The notes under the pieces were generated by a model. It was not told where the DNA came from. It did not search any database and saw only the letters and a program-made list of their open reading frames with translations. Position numbers and translations under genes: made by a program. Source: Tubulanus polymorphus (taxonomy: Eukaryota; Animalia; Nemertea). Taken from it: a DNA stretch of 64,000 nt. The stretch is from the NCBI RefSeq assembly GCF_964204645.1, contig NC_134031.1, positions 16,789,807 through 16,853,806 of the forward strand. The letters run 5' to 3'. Of this stretch, positions 18,001-64,000 are shown one piece after another (the first letter of the stretch is position 1; the number at the start of each line of letters is the position of its first letter).

Positions 18001-19686
18001 CGATCATTTCTTACCTGTTTTCCCTCATACTCCTTAACCCTTTCAGTTCTGACTTAATAGTACCCTATAGTGCTGAAGATAGTTTGAAAATTTTGAAAGA
18101 TTTCAACCTAGTGTGCTGAATAACGGGAATATCACTATAGTGCGTATACACCGCGGCACGGTGTATCGTTACTTACTAATATTTCACTATGTTTGACATG
18201 TGCTGCCATCTTTCAATAGAGATAAAAATTAATTACTAATAACATCAATACACCACAGTGCGGTGTACTAGCAAAATCCATCACCGATTTATACACCGCA
18301 TTGCGGTGTAGACACTGAAAGGGTTAAACATAATTGTGCAGTAAATCTGATTTTATTTTTGGGCAGTGGGCCTCCACTCGATCACAGCCTTCTGGCTTGC
18401 CCATTGTCCTTTCCCCTTTTTACAAAACATCCACTGCTGTATTTATGAAATTGTATGAAATTTATTGTGAAAAGAAGATAAAGAAATATTATTATGATTA
18501 TCTCTGGACCATTCTAATGATTACAGACTTAGTGCGGAGGATCGAAAATATTATATTTGCAACAAATGTCCATGAAAATACTCTAATAAGCTTTCTTTTT
18601 GTCCAGTGAAATATTTCTCACTGAGCCATACAAACTAATGGCGTGTACCGGTACAAAAATCAAAAGATGGCTGTTACTTTTACTAATAGTCCTGATACAG
18701 ACAGCCATCTTAATTTTCTTGACTAATCTTCATCTGTGTACACAATATAATTACAATGTATTTTACCATCGGGCACCATAAAATTGTGAGATATACCTAA
18801 CATACATGTACTGTACTAATTCACAGCTATTATATCGCACAAAATAAACATGTATTCGAAAAACTAACATCAGTGGAGCTCAATGAGTGCTTACTCCGCT
18901 TACGGACAGAATGTGAGATATCATATACATTGCTTTCATGTTTAGTCGAATGCACGACTTCACTTGTCCTCAGCACAATTTTCACTCGTCCTTTAGTTAA
19001 TTCTGATGAATTGTAGATAACATTTTCCATATAAGTACATTAGATAAATTCCTGCATGCATCTCCCTCCATGTGTTTAACAGATTTCTCAGATTTTTTGC
19101 TCTTCTTCAAATGTTGTAATCTGGAAAGTATTTTCTACATCCTATAATACATTTCTTTAATTAATGTGCAATAGTCTAATTTCTTTTAGTTCAGTTTTTG
19201 ACATTCTTTACCATTTCCAGACTTCTTCCTACTGACCCTCCTTAGGTCCTGTAATGATAAGCATAGCATAGTTAAATGTTAGTTTAAGACCTCGGATATT
19301 AACTCCTACCGAGCTTTTCAGCACATAGGTCCCTGGTTTATGCTTCATGCAGGAGACTCTTTCTTACTACACAATATTAAAACATATTTTGGTGAATTAT
19401 TAAATCTTCCACATTTTTGTTGCAGATGGGTCAGCAGCAGCAGCAACAACAGCAGCAACAACAGCAGCAATTTGCACCAGGGATGACGAGTAACCCAGCT
19501 GATCAGGCACCTCAGCAGACGCCCAGTGGAGCCGCTCATCCACCAGGCCCGGGGGGTGCAGGTCCGTTCATGTATAATCCGGATCAATTCGATACGAATT
19601 CGCAAATGACGACAGGATTTCCCCCGCCTGCCGGTGGTGGTTCTAGCAGACTGAAATACGGCGCTCGTAGATCCTATCCGAAGTGA
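1..19686 (+). CDS. SEC16A: Protein transport protein Sec16 (SEC16A-like), 5'-partial spliced CDS
   Basis: GT-AG exons read in frame: <1-102, 198-336, 697-969, 1540-1637, 1723-1928, 2277-2494, 2771-2911, 2994-3098, 3179-3323, 3833-3946, 4091-4254, 4331-4489, (4972-5163), (7760-7825), 8519-8632, 8712-8795, 9533-9746, 9874-10002, 16371-16504, (16645-16680), (17314-17382), 19426-19686. Central conserved domain motifs: [89 protein letters not shown]-terminal motifs: [35 protein letters not shown]. Confidence 0.93.
697..3098 (+). CDS. SEC16A: Sec16 central conserved (ACE1) domain exons
   Basis: Exons 697-969, 1540-1637, 1723-1928, 2277-2494, 2771-2911 and 2994-3098 have consistent phases. They encode [48 protein letters not shown] and similar Sec16 segments. 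Confidence 0.92.
3355..3777. mobile_element. hAT-like MITE (CAGGG termini) containing a nested repeat
   Basis: cagggtccctac ... gtagggatcctg flanked by TAAAG direct repeats. An inverted homologous composite lies at about 50340-50715. Confidence 0.6.
4101..4170 (+). repeat. Coding CAA/CAG microsatellite (polyQ) in Sec16
   Basis: CAA/CAG runs here, and also at 3868-3888 and 19432-19470. Confidence 0.85.
5586..7238 (+). CDS. Long intronic ORF (550 codons from acceptor), probable alternative last exon of Sec16; acidic, Ser/Cys-rich, no recognised domain
   Basis: Phase-0 acceptor ctctttcttttag|GAG at 5585/5586 is in frame with the tracked ORF 5637-7238. The upstream Sec16 donors (4489, 5163) are phase 0. 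TGA stop is followed by AATAAA at 7488-7493. Confidence 0.6.
   Translation, partial: ESSIPSSSHSSERLPDVVYPSVTAPKFCEKSECSAVTAASASNAVNTKTRHRPDRTDKQQNCSMLTLSRSENCVSPCDIENFDISTTPTFSSCHKTLSVDSKLTEKKQECCIAALKPRRLSEIVPFPERKVNKSKIIRRGQTTELCRKAMVKQIRDRLKNLSVKVAASTDCCKHLIDISKKTSDEQGLMTESEQAEIISSEKSENMIEPNVGNVIKDEDGAPTCPLIQSCVSSVVLQSVNSSDVEMITGNAENLSNKSAMIADSKEEELSESISVSGIRENKEASTECEIVGCDETRKPYQPLLHGLTHLDRTLSPKQRIQVQLELFEKIKSVNQHGNYRYGSTFPIDAPLEESEDVDRLLDDENVEAAPMFQLPISRAIEFIGSTNNTNRFNLSRQTDEKQAWSPWLQIRNRSLIEDIKYKKDFAASKTYPVDEPLDEREVAEIIKDNSENTEKAHKNSKEKPDVSDENNNDSYTSTDITGHRKDQISEREITDLEDDIRECELYSPLPLPRIDSDFNLDEQFPLMNRIVHWITEVMAPDDVTKNLKSE
8026..8138. mobile_element. Small inverted-repeat element with a nested 34-bp perfect palindrome
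   Basis: Outer arms catcctcataagtcagtgact / agtcactgactgataaggatg. Inner palindrome 8051-8084 is flanked by TCAAA repeats. Confidence 0.65.
9067..9325. mobile_element. hAT-like MITE with 6-bp target-site duplication
   Basis: caaggttcttac ... gtaagaaccctg flanked by TAGAAT on both sides; internal cagggaa motifs. Confidence 0.7.
9414..9489 (+). CDS. SEC16A: Candidate mutually exclusive Sec16 exon ([25 protein letters not shown])
   Basis: GC-rich island bounded by ttacgtag| and CAG|gtacac. It is phase 0 to 1, the same as exon 9533-9746, and ends 43 nt before that exon. Confidence 0.5.
10209..10348 (+). repeat. DIRS left inverted terminal repeat with left extension
   Basis: 10227-10348 is the exact reverse complement of 16162-16283. 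10209-10248 is the reverse complement of 16010-16049. Confidence 0.95.
10552..12801 (+). CDS. DIRS ORF1, Gag-like
   Basis: ATG at 10552. N-terminal Cys/His cluster (CGH...DNHDSCASC...[10 protein letters not shown]), an RS-rich linker, a helical C-terminal part and a basic tail. Typical DIRS ORF1 position. Confidence 0.85.
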   Translation: MPPPPKGQHRGGEGCGHLFGAWDNHDSCASCRRKSGQICARSNPCNICVVWSEDLWLRADKALKLRDRRRVSRDSSVSADVPTDVSNPVSYRKAERSPVVQVRSASQLRSPGKNAGSPAPVSGHSPVSGRSPVRPVRPVQTTCSEPSARRGSRERPAPVRSVPVRSGSGIGPVRSGSATGPVQTSSGTKHPVRSSSDSDRRSGDRARSPTRFRRRERNKRARSPSRRSRFDRERDYDRYCRKFRRRSSHRSSTSVSDESDSSSRSRSRSRDRHRSRHDRRDTGKYLTQKDFHVFEEKILNLLSSSQQVAATSTTGKPIPDCPVRSSPAHSVFRNSDSEFLDAAVGSDFNEDPVPEAAIPSGVVPVASNCGLPQTMGASLARNVSPSRSVLSEPAGDMPFRAMISEFFVKHGATRAKPTAAPLVGESMEAYRPPDSDLNVLRESSAVSREWARLDTQLWGECRPGTFSFPPPERGMKSGKYFSSTDPPIGAFRSAYYATPGAVDHSHNCLDADYTLISPDTVTAQSGIRLPKSGLVAMTSILDNLTRVGSFQDMALKVLTGELRETHAAVHAGSDPESVALKLEGMDRIIQSLARSVSHVIPLSVRGQANLVLASRQSVMDSSAKTRLPDMVSNALLRAPLGTSSRLFSGWCAPVSAELRKIREVQAKSNPRTPWKKRSGPTPAAQGSARTQTGPSQTSALSQAASDAGWRTSAQLQQSCQASSGRNSSGSYRGKGKAPKRGSSFRKNSK
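12668..14839 (+). CDS. DIRS ORF2: reverse transcriptase / RNase H / adenine-methylase-like domain
   Basis: RT motifs [18 protein letters not shown]. RNase H motifs [25 protein letters not shown]-like motifs DLFA, DAF, YAFPP. Confidence 0.95.
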   Translation: MPVGELARNFNNRVKPRPVVTVPVRIEARGRLQKGALPFGKTRNEFLGPVGGCLQQAATHWSDLFGDGWPSRVVSRGYRLRFLRRPRLMRSPPDMRPKPGQEALISPALKELAEKGAIEPVCNETSPGWFSRIFMVPKATGGQRTVIDLSSLNRHLDIPRFRMTKPKDVIQGLRPGQWAASLDLKDAYFQVPIHPKSRRFLRIKWKGRQFQFRSLPFGLSTAPWVFTKLVKSVQKVLQSRGVRLFVYLDDWLIVANSAQECREAMTSVLDLVHQLGFRVNREKSQLTPAQQFTYLGMDFDLRIGKVFPSMVRVAKLQEAVAGVSTTPRTARYWSRLLGSISSMGLVVPLGRLRSRRLQQYWKVFWSQSKGNWEALIPVPPTDLSPDLQWWAATTNLRLGVSLAPLEAPVRVFTDASHQGWGAHLENRVKAGKWSRYEATNHINFLEMLAVWKALKFFHRRVEGHHVWLATDNSTVRAYLQNQGGTHSETLTGLSAKILLWCQTKGVSLTVAHLAGKRNVMADALSRRGQAIATEWVLHQEVADRVRGIFGNPLLDLFATRFNRRCPLFVSPFPDAEAWGVDAFSLDWSGMHAYAFPPTPVLPRLLDQIERSVNCNIVLVAPCWPAQKWFLPLLNLLCDNPRILPNFPSLLSQGIFRHHPNSQWLNLLAWPLSSDPCQLQAFQNRLPPLSQDLSGHQQVPFTMPSGVILRIGVLQGKLIHAHPL
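12823..15750 (+). CDS. DIRS ORF3: tyrosine recombinase with a long N-terminal extension overlapping ORF2
   Basis: Integrase N-terminal domain ([22 protein letters not shown]). Catalytic set ARRSEI (R), FLAKN (K), LCPVRAL, SHQVR (HxxR), FW, FY. The frame is open from 12802; first ATG at 13198. Confidence 0.92.
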   Translation: MSAAGSNPLVRPLWRRLALPGRLSGLPSPFPKATAPDEVTSRHAAKTRSGGLNLSGSQGTGREGSDRTSLQRNFSRLVFSNIHGTKGHRGSTDSDRSVIPQSAPRHSKVPDDQAQGRDSRAPSGSMGGFIGPERCLLSGSNSPKISAISQDKVERPPVPIQVSSIWPQYGPVGFHQVGQVSSEGTSVKGCSTVRLPRRLVNSREFGSGMSGGNDLSLGLSPSARVPRKQGKISVDAGPTVHLSRHGLRSPNRQSLSVYGSSGQTSRSCSGSVHNPENSSLLVTASRLHQLHGSGGALRPPQKQALATILEGLLVSVEGQLGGLDSRTSNRSKSGSSVVGGHYESSARGVTSPVRGSSSCIHGCQSPRLGGTSGEPSQSREMVSLRGHQPHKFPRNAGRVEGPEVLSQESGGPPRLVSHRQFNSEGLPSEPRGHSLRNPHRSVGQNSSLVSDKGRVPDCGTFSREKERDGRCSVSSRSGYCDRMGSPPRSSRSGSGHFWQSAAGSVCHPVQSEVSSVCVPVSRRGSVGGRCLLSGLVGDACVCVPAHTSPAALTGSNREISQLQHSSGSTMLAGSEMVPTTSQPTVRQPQDSSEFPIASVSGDLSASSKQPVVKSARLAIVQRSLSASGFSEQAASFIAGSKRPSTSTIYDAKWSHFADWCAAGEIDPCSPSVAQLADFLLHLFVAKGLQVITIKGYRSAISHTLRASGWPNVAGDHRISQLVAGFSISRPRVTRTVPPWDLSVILKKLMEAPFEPLSAASFANLSKKTVFLLFLACSARRSEIHALSVRPGHIVFGPANEFVSLRPALEFLAKNQRPGSVGRQWRIEALKHRVEPGIPDRTLCPVRALCFYLDRSASRRGSRERLFIPLLDHLKGDISRDTVARWVSSMIKDILLKENLSSEGVVSHQVRSMATSCAAFSGAPLEEVCRAAFWNSPSTFTSFYLRDVSGQLGSLASLGPVVMAQGVRSFRSDPLV
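16010..16107 (+). repeat. DIRS internal complementary region (ICR)
   Basis: 16010-16049 is the reverse complement of the left terminus; 16049-16107 is the reverse complement of the right terminus 16268-16326. Confidence 0.95.
16162..16326 (+). repeat. DIRS right inverted terminal repeat with right extension
   Basis: 122-bp inverse of the left ITR plus a 43-bp extension (16284-16326) matched by the ICR. Confidence 0.95.
16645..16680 (+). CDS. SEC16A: Candidate 36-nt cassette microexon of Sec16 ([12 protein letters not shown])
   Basis: ttttgaacag| ... TGG|gtaaat, phase 0-0, open frame. Confidence 0.5.
17314..17382 (+). CDS. SEC16A: Sec16 cassette exon [23 protein letters not shown]
   Basis: ccttttgcag| ... 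CAG|gtaaaa, 69 nt, phase 0-0. Resembles the SRCSSMSSLSREV segment of the human SEC16A C-terminal region (recalled, not aligned). Confidence 0.75.
18038..18323. mobile_element. piggyBac-like non-autonomous element
   Basis: TTAA|ccctttcagt ... actgaaaggg|TTAA. Homologous copy at 39237-39523. Confidence 0.85.
19426..19686 (+). CDS. SEC16A: Sec16 last coding exon
   Basis: tgttgcag|ATG, a polyQ run, then FMYNPDQF ... RRSYPK and TGA. Confidence 0.85.
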   Translation: MGQQQQQQQQQQQQQFAPGMTSNPADQAPQQTPSGAAHPPGPGGAGPFMYNPDQFDTNSQMTTGFPPPAGGGSSRLKYGARRSYPK

Positions 19687-20832
19687 TGACCGATCATGAA
19701 TAGATCTAAGACATTATTGTATATACGAGATATACCCCCGCTACTGTAAACAAGGATATGGAATAGGAAAGTGGTGCTAAAATCACGATACACTGCATGG
19801 AAAGTTGTTACGTCTATTTATTATAATCATCAGACTGATATGTGTTTAGTAACAGTCGTTCGAAGTGACCTGGAAATTGTGAAAGTACCAGTATTACATA
19901 TTCTACTGTGGCTTAGATACTCACTGAATCAGAGATTCTGATTCAGTGGATTTATGAGGATGTTTTAAGCGTCTTTTCCGTGTACTGTCCGATTTCTTTG
20001 TGACTGTACCGATGATCTATATAGGTGACCGAATTACATTTGTTCAGATATTCAGGCTGGATTGTTTTGTGTAATACTGTGTATTACGAATAATCGTCGT
20101 TAACAAATTTCCATTATAATATGGCTAAAACCTTCACAAACCTTCGTGTAATATGTATTAAAATGTAAGATTATCATCACTTGGGGTGAATGTTGGTACG
20201 TATTAAGCCCTGACATTGACTACGCTGTATTCTGATATACAATATAGCTTTGACCCCCTTACCCTAGTATAGATTGAACTAGAAATGATTGCTTCGGCAT
20301 TTTTCTTAAGGATTTGGGATTGGAATAGAATAATGTGTGCTAGATTAGCTGCGATTGCTGTAGCTATTACCGGTAATTCTAATCGACTACAGAAACGTAG
20401 ACTACTGGTATGATATTATGTATACATGAACACGTATCTTATTTGGTAATGGGTCACTTCAAGTTATATGTTCATAAAACTTAGAATAATATATGGTTTT
20501 GTGCACTTTGAAATCCGCGACATTATGTCAAAATATCTTTATGGAAATATTTTAGAAACACTTTCAATCTTTTCTATTTCACGCGATTGCTAGGTTATTC
20601 GCATATTATCCGGCTGAATTATCAGCGTTTTGATTTGATGAATTTGCTGAACCAGTCGATTGTTTTCAGTTCCTGTTGTTGACAATTCATGGCATTGCCC
20701 TCGTGCTGTTGATGTTGTGTGCATATTGAGTTGTGATACTAGACGTGGTGTATAATTTATTATCCTGGGTTATATATAAATATAGATACGTTAAATGTAT
20801 GATATGAATAGAATATATGGTAATTATTGAGG

Positions 20833-20838
20833 AATAAA
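20833..20838 (+). terminator. Putative Sec16 polyadenylation signal
   Basis: AATAAA about 1.15 kb after the stop codon, followed by a GT/T-rich tract. Confidence 0.5.
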
Positions 20839-21269
20839 TGATGATATTTGTTCGCAGAATCTTCTGTAATTAATTTGTTTCTTGTCTTTGGTGATACTTG
20901 GATGTGCTGTCAAATTTAGGCCACCTTATTGTCTGTACTATGTAACTCAGGATTGATCGCAACGACAAGCCTTTATTCAGCATTCGGACCACTAAGAATC
21001 GGCCCTCGACCAGCGGGTTCGAACTTGTGACACCCCTGATATCCCCTTCAGCACAAACAAATACTTTTCTAATTGGTAATAGATATATGTTCCTTTATTG
21101 TAAAATATCCAATAGTTTAGATTAAATGACAGTACAATATAAATTTCATTGTGAATTTATTAATTAAGCTATTATTTGTAAGTCATTGCTGAAGTAGCTT
21201 TGAGATAACATTAGTTCCAAGAAATTCCGCTAGGGGACCGTATGGTGCTGCCACCACTCGTGAACAACA

Positions 21270-21362
21270 TAAACAAGACTGGGAATCGAACCCAGGACCC
21301 CTGTCACCTCAGGGTCCAGTTTCGCAGCTTCACTCGAGCGTCTACTATCATGTAGGCCATTG
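21270..21362 (-). mobile_element. Degenerate tRNA-derived (SINE-head-like) sequence
   Basis: Minus strand has a B box ggttcgattcc inside a T-arm (ctgggttcgattcccag), preceded by a hairpin and a weak A box. No intact cloverleaf. Confidence 0.35.
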
Positions 21363-23529
21363 TACAACTGAAACCTAAGATTACCTTTTTGTCCATCCTG
21401 TGTGTTATTCAGCAGTCATTCTGAATCTTCTCGGAGAAACCATGATAAGGATAAAACAAACGAAAAGTCGAATCGATCAGTCTCCTCGACTATATTAAAC
21501 AAACTAGCTAAAAGTAACGCATTGTTTATATATATAATATAATTGTATTGGATTTTATTGTTATTATTGCAATCCTGCAACTGATGAGGTATGAAACACT
21601 TTACATAATTAACACTAATCAATGAGGATAAATGCTGTTCGTGTGTGAAGGAGATATTATAGTTTAGGTAATGATATGTTCTACAGAATCATATGAACAG
21701 CAGATCTTACTTCCGTTGTGTGCAGAATGAGCCACGTTCACTCCAACTAAACAAACAACTTCCGAGTAGATTTATGAAGTAATGACCTACAACTCACGAA
21801 AACCTGACCCTATTACACTATTACAGAGATTATGGAAGACAAGACGATTCAGGTGATAAAATAAAATTCACATCTTTCGGGAAACATAGATGTACGTTCA
21901 GCAATATTCAGTTTTAAAGTGATTCAAAAATCAGATTCATTTTCATTAAATGAAAGTACATTGTAATGGTATATTCTCCGATGGTAAGCCGTCTCAGCGC
22001 ATTCAGATTATCGTTCAGAACTCCTTATTGATTCAATTACGGTACTGAGCGTATCACAGTAACTCGCGGAAGGATTTATTGCATAGATTTAAAATTCACA
22101 ACCACTTTTATAATTCCGATGATATTTTACCATCGAACTTAGGGCGTAAAGCGAGATTTGAAAAAATCTTGAGAAAACTTCGCAAAACAAGAGATGTAAG
22201 TTTTATCCGCGGCTTTCAGATTTGGAAGTCGACAATGAATGAAAATATCACCGAATCTAATGTATTTCTAAGGCATGCAAACGAATTAATAGTTTAATAC
22301 GACGAGAGATAAATCTATAAAAGGAAAACATGCTTTAGTTTTGATAGTAATTATCTGTAAATCAGTCAACAGTTCATCCACCGAGAATTGAATATGAAGT
22401 GTATTCAAGATTTGTTTTTTAATAGTATACAAAAATACTAATACTCCGATGACATTTCAACCTCATTATACTTAAAAAATATATGCTTAATATGTAGAGC
22501 TATTTACACTTTTGTCTTACTATTTACACGTAAATTATCAACGATAATCTCCTGGCTTACGAACGAGCCGAAAATGTTCTATCATCTTTTTTAACCTGAT
22601 TGTTTTTATACGATATCTAAAAATCAAATCAAATGACCATCATTCATAAAATGAAGTTTACGAATTATGCAACAAAATTACAATACAAGATTCTACATTG
22701 TTTAAAAGTAAAATCTACTCTGCGCTTTTAAAATATCAACTGTTTATGTACGAGAAGCCAATTTTGAATGTACCAAAGGTATCATTAATTACTGGATTGA
22801 TTAGTGGCCCCATTTTTGTCCGCCTCAACAGGACCTTTATGCTTTCTATTGCTTTTTTTTTCTCGATAATTCGCGGTGGATCTTAAAAGTCGAATCCACT
22901 CCTGGCTACGGAATAAAATAAAACATCTACTAAAAATATAATAAAGGCAGACCAAAAGTTAGGCAGCTAAAAAATCAATGAAATATAGAAATAACTATAA
23001 TATCTAAATGCAAAAATGTCAAAGTTACACAGACGTAATCAATTTTCAAGCACAGAAAAAATTGCCTCTAAGTATGAATTAATTTTCTAATATTAGCCAT
23101 TTCAAAGCATAATATCTAATATTCAATTGCTACAGCCTAAAAAGTACATCGTGTAACATTTGAACTAAAAGAATGCCACATTTTAAACAATTGAATTCAC
23201 TCTGAATTAAGATACACCAAAAGGCACTGACCATTTTACTGACCACATTATTCAAGTCAGATCTATTTCATCGATAACAATATTCATTCATATCTTATCA
23301 TTTTAGCCATTATTATTCGATTTTACAATTCAGTTGCATTTATCTTATGCATTTTTGAATTCATCAATCACTACGTTTTCGACGTTAACCGACATCGACG
23401 ACAATAATATCTTTTAGAAATTTCTTCTATTTAGCAAACATTTTACAAATGATTCACAAAAATGGCACAAATACACATTCCGGATGCACAGCCAGTAAAA
23501 ATGTGTAGAAAACATTTATATATATCCGA

Positions 23530-61066
<37,537 letters not shown>

Positions 61067-64000
61067 CTGAAAAAATTACAAAAAACGAACATCGAAACTT
61101 TAATATATTTCACCGATTTCGATAACGGCGAATTTCAAATATACAGAAATTGCGTCTGAAAATTCCGACATGCCAATACTACGAAAAAGTAGTCGCCCAA
61201 TGCAAATATTAATCTTACAGTGATTAAGTGATCGATGACCATCGAGCTGAACTTGTAAGTTCGTCGTATATGATTTCATGGTCATCAAATGACTCGCTTA
61301 TTACAAAATCTCAATGACCGTTTATCATAGCTTGTCACGACAATGACTGTTCACTACACTTACCCTCGGCGTGTGATGTGTAGAAAAAAACTATTAAATT
61401 GACCGAATAACTGAATGGAAAAATATTGTCGAAGAGAAAGTGTGGGCAGCTAAAAACTATGTGCGATGGCCATTGATGTCATCGGTGATACATAGTTTAT
61501 CAATTCTGAAGATTGCGCATGATGAGTACTAATAATCTAGAAACACATGACAGTTTCATTGAGAAATATACGGCTACTAACATAACTATTGACATCAGTG
61601 ACAACAAGCGATGTCGTTAGGACCACTGTCCATCGATGAAATCGCTGTTTAGTTCTATTCGATTCAGTTTCATGACTGTTTTCATTCTGGTTTCGATTCG
61701 CATATGAAATCTGGCTTTCAATCGACATTTCATGAGCCACGTCTCCGGGCCGGGTTGTTGCACAATCATGACAGTCCAAAAGTGATCTTAAATCTTATGA
61801 CCGATCCGAAGTATACAACTAAAGCCGCTAACACGCGAGCATTTTTGGCCCGAGTCTTATTGGCCCGACCAAAAACGTCGGACCAGGCCCAGGCCAAACT
61901 TTAGCACGGGATAAGTGATTCGAGTGAGATAATATCACAATGGACAATATTGAGTGAGTGGTTTGCGTGTGTACACATTCTCTAGTTAACCAAGTTTGGC
62001 CCGGGCCAAATCGTCAATTGTATCAGATGACCGTAAACTGTTTTTGAAACTCCGAAGCAAATGGAAGCAAACTAATATCTGTCAGCCTCATTCAGACCAA
62101 AGGAGCAGAAAATTCCAGTACCTGTTTATGAATCTAATCAGTCTGTTAAGTCACTTATGACGCAAGAAAGTCAAGTGCTATCAAAACAATTTTTTCTATC
62201 GTGACAAATTTCACCATACACAATAGATACACCCTTCATTCTGCCACCTCACGCTTACCATCTGCTGTGGACATCTTTAGCGCGACATATATGAGTTAAG
62301 CAGCTCTTCACTTCGCTAACTTCGTCCCATGTCACACACGCATGTGTGCGTTATCATCTAGCTGATTGTTTTTTAAGCAAATTTGGATAAAGCACTTTAA
62401 AATACTTCAACAAGCTTCGAGGAAGTCGACGAAATTAGCGTCATTGCGAAGAAAGGCAATAAACAGGATGAAATGGCGAGGCCATATAAGTTTCATGCGC
62501 ATTACTACTAATATCAAGGTATTGGAAATATTTGATTTTCCTCACGGAAAAACCAGAAAACTATATCGAAACTTTTGCGTTCATACATTAGCCACTTAAA
62601 AATATGGAAATTTCTGATTAATTTCACGAGTCTGACTTCTGGAGAGCCACTTCATCGTGAAGAGCCCACCTGCATAAATAGCTAGCAATAGACACCTAAA
62701 CGACTAAACAGAGAAAGGTTTAAGGACACTCCTGATTGGATGTACCGATCGTCCAAACTAGGTCAGATGCTTCATAATCATGTATCATGTATCCATTATC
62801 TTTAACATCTAATATTTATATTTCGTATACAGTGCAATTGATTTGGACCTCGGTTGTATCGGCATTGGTATCATCATCATTGGGAATAATCTTTCGAATT
62901 ATCTATATATTTCAGTCCCCGCTGGTTCTACCGCATTCGCCATTGTTTCCATACGTAAACACGCCATTCCGAAACATTGCCAAGAAGGGAAGAAAGTAAA
63001 TTACTATCAAATTATATGCAAATGGTGAACTTTGTATCAACGTAGTTGGTAGTCGCGGAGTATGGAAAATTAGCGCAATCAAGATCAGGAATGTTGTTCG
63101 AATTTTTTCCGGGTCTGAATGAGAGAGAGAGAGAGAGTGTGGAGCTGGATGCCATCATTTTTATACACGGTAGAGTAGAAGGTGATAATGACTAACAACC
63201 CAACTTCAGTATATATCATATCTCATATGCGTAACTATTGCGGTTTCCAACAATACTCCAGCATATTACTATTTCCATACTATGTTACTTTTCTATATAA
63301 ACAATTCCAGTCGAAACCACAAATACTCGTTTTCCAAGAAAAAACTTCTATTCATTTTTCATTGTTTTCTTCAGAAACTGGAGCGAAGTACACGCAATGT
63401 GGTTAGAATTTGTCGAATCAACAGAAGGTTCGACCAACCGCGAGGGGGGCACCTGTAACTTTTCAACAAGAAGAGAAATGCCCAAAAAAATAACACGCGG
63501 AAAAATCCATGAATAAAATAAGCATTAAAACGGCGCAAACCTTATTAAAACGCAATTACGACCATCTGTAGCCCGAATATCATAAGCGCGGGCATCCGAT
63601 GAAGTGTCGCAATAATAGCCGAGTGCGGTAATAAGCCGCATTGATGCGGCAACAAAATAAAACACCGATCTCTCCGTAACAATAGAACACGAGGTGATGA
63701 ATAAAAGATAACCGGGACCCGGCGTGACCACGACACGGTTATAAATCTATACGCGACCACCGCTAAAAAGCACACGTAATTAACACGTCAAACAACGGCT
63801 GCCACAAAATGATGTTTTCAATTAGCGCGACATGGGTTGATCACCGGAGAACCTGAGTGCCCGCGCGCATCGTCTCCGTCCTACTACTTCCAAGAGAGTA
63901 AAGAAGTGACAAGTCGGAAAGATATCGTAAAGCAGGACTCGGGTCACCATACAAAGCGACAACGGAACTGGGAGTGATAGGCTGAAGATTAGTGATCAAT

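Noticed and set aside
22052-22059. K-box (CTGTGATA) on the Notch strand
   Set aside because: A single 8-mer, and the Notch 3' UTR end is undefined, so it may not be in the transcript.
61067-64000. Notch first exons and promoter
   Set aside because: No signal-peptide or EGF1 N-terminal exon found; the gene start is presumably beyond the window.

Overview
AT-rich, intron-containing animal (bilaterian invertebrate) DNA with two convergent genes. (1) On +, the 3' part of a Sec16 (SEC16A-like COPII/ER-exit-site scaffold) gene runs from <1 to 19686. It has about 20 exons, several cassette exons, a candidate mutually exclusive exon pair and a candidate 550-codon alternative last exon. (2) On -, a canonical Notch receptor gene runs from >61066 down to 23530 (36 EGF repeats counted by eye, 3 LNR, HD, TM, RAM, ANK, PEST); its signal-peptide exons lie beyond the window. 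One Sec16 intron holds an intact, apparently young 6.1-kb DIRS1-type tyrosine-recombinase retrotransposon (10209-16326). It has gag, RT/RNaseH/methylase-like and YR ORFs, perfect 122-bp inverted terminal repeats and an internal complementary region. Short orphan copies of its left terminus sit in two Notch introns. The introns also carry many MITEs (piggyBac-, hAT- and Harbinger-like). Most notable: Sec16-Notch adjacency as in human SEC16A-NOTCH1, the DIRS expression layout, the Sec16 alternative exons, and a five-fold tandem duplication of a Notch splice donor in which every extra copy is mutated in the donor consensus. All calls were made by eye; no searches were run.
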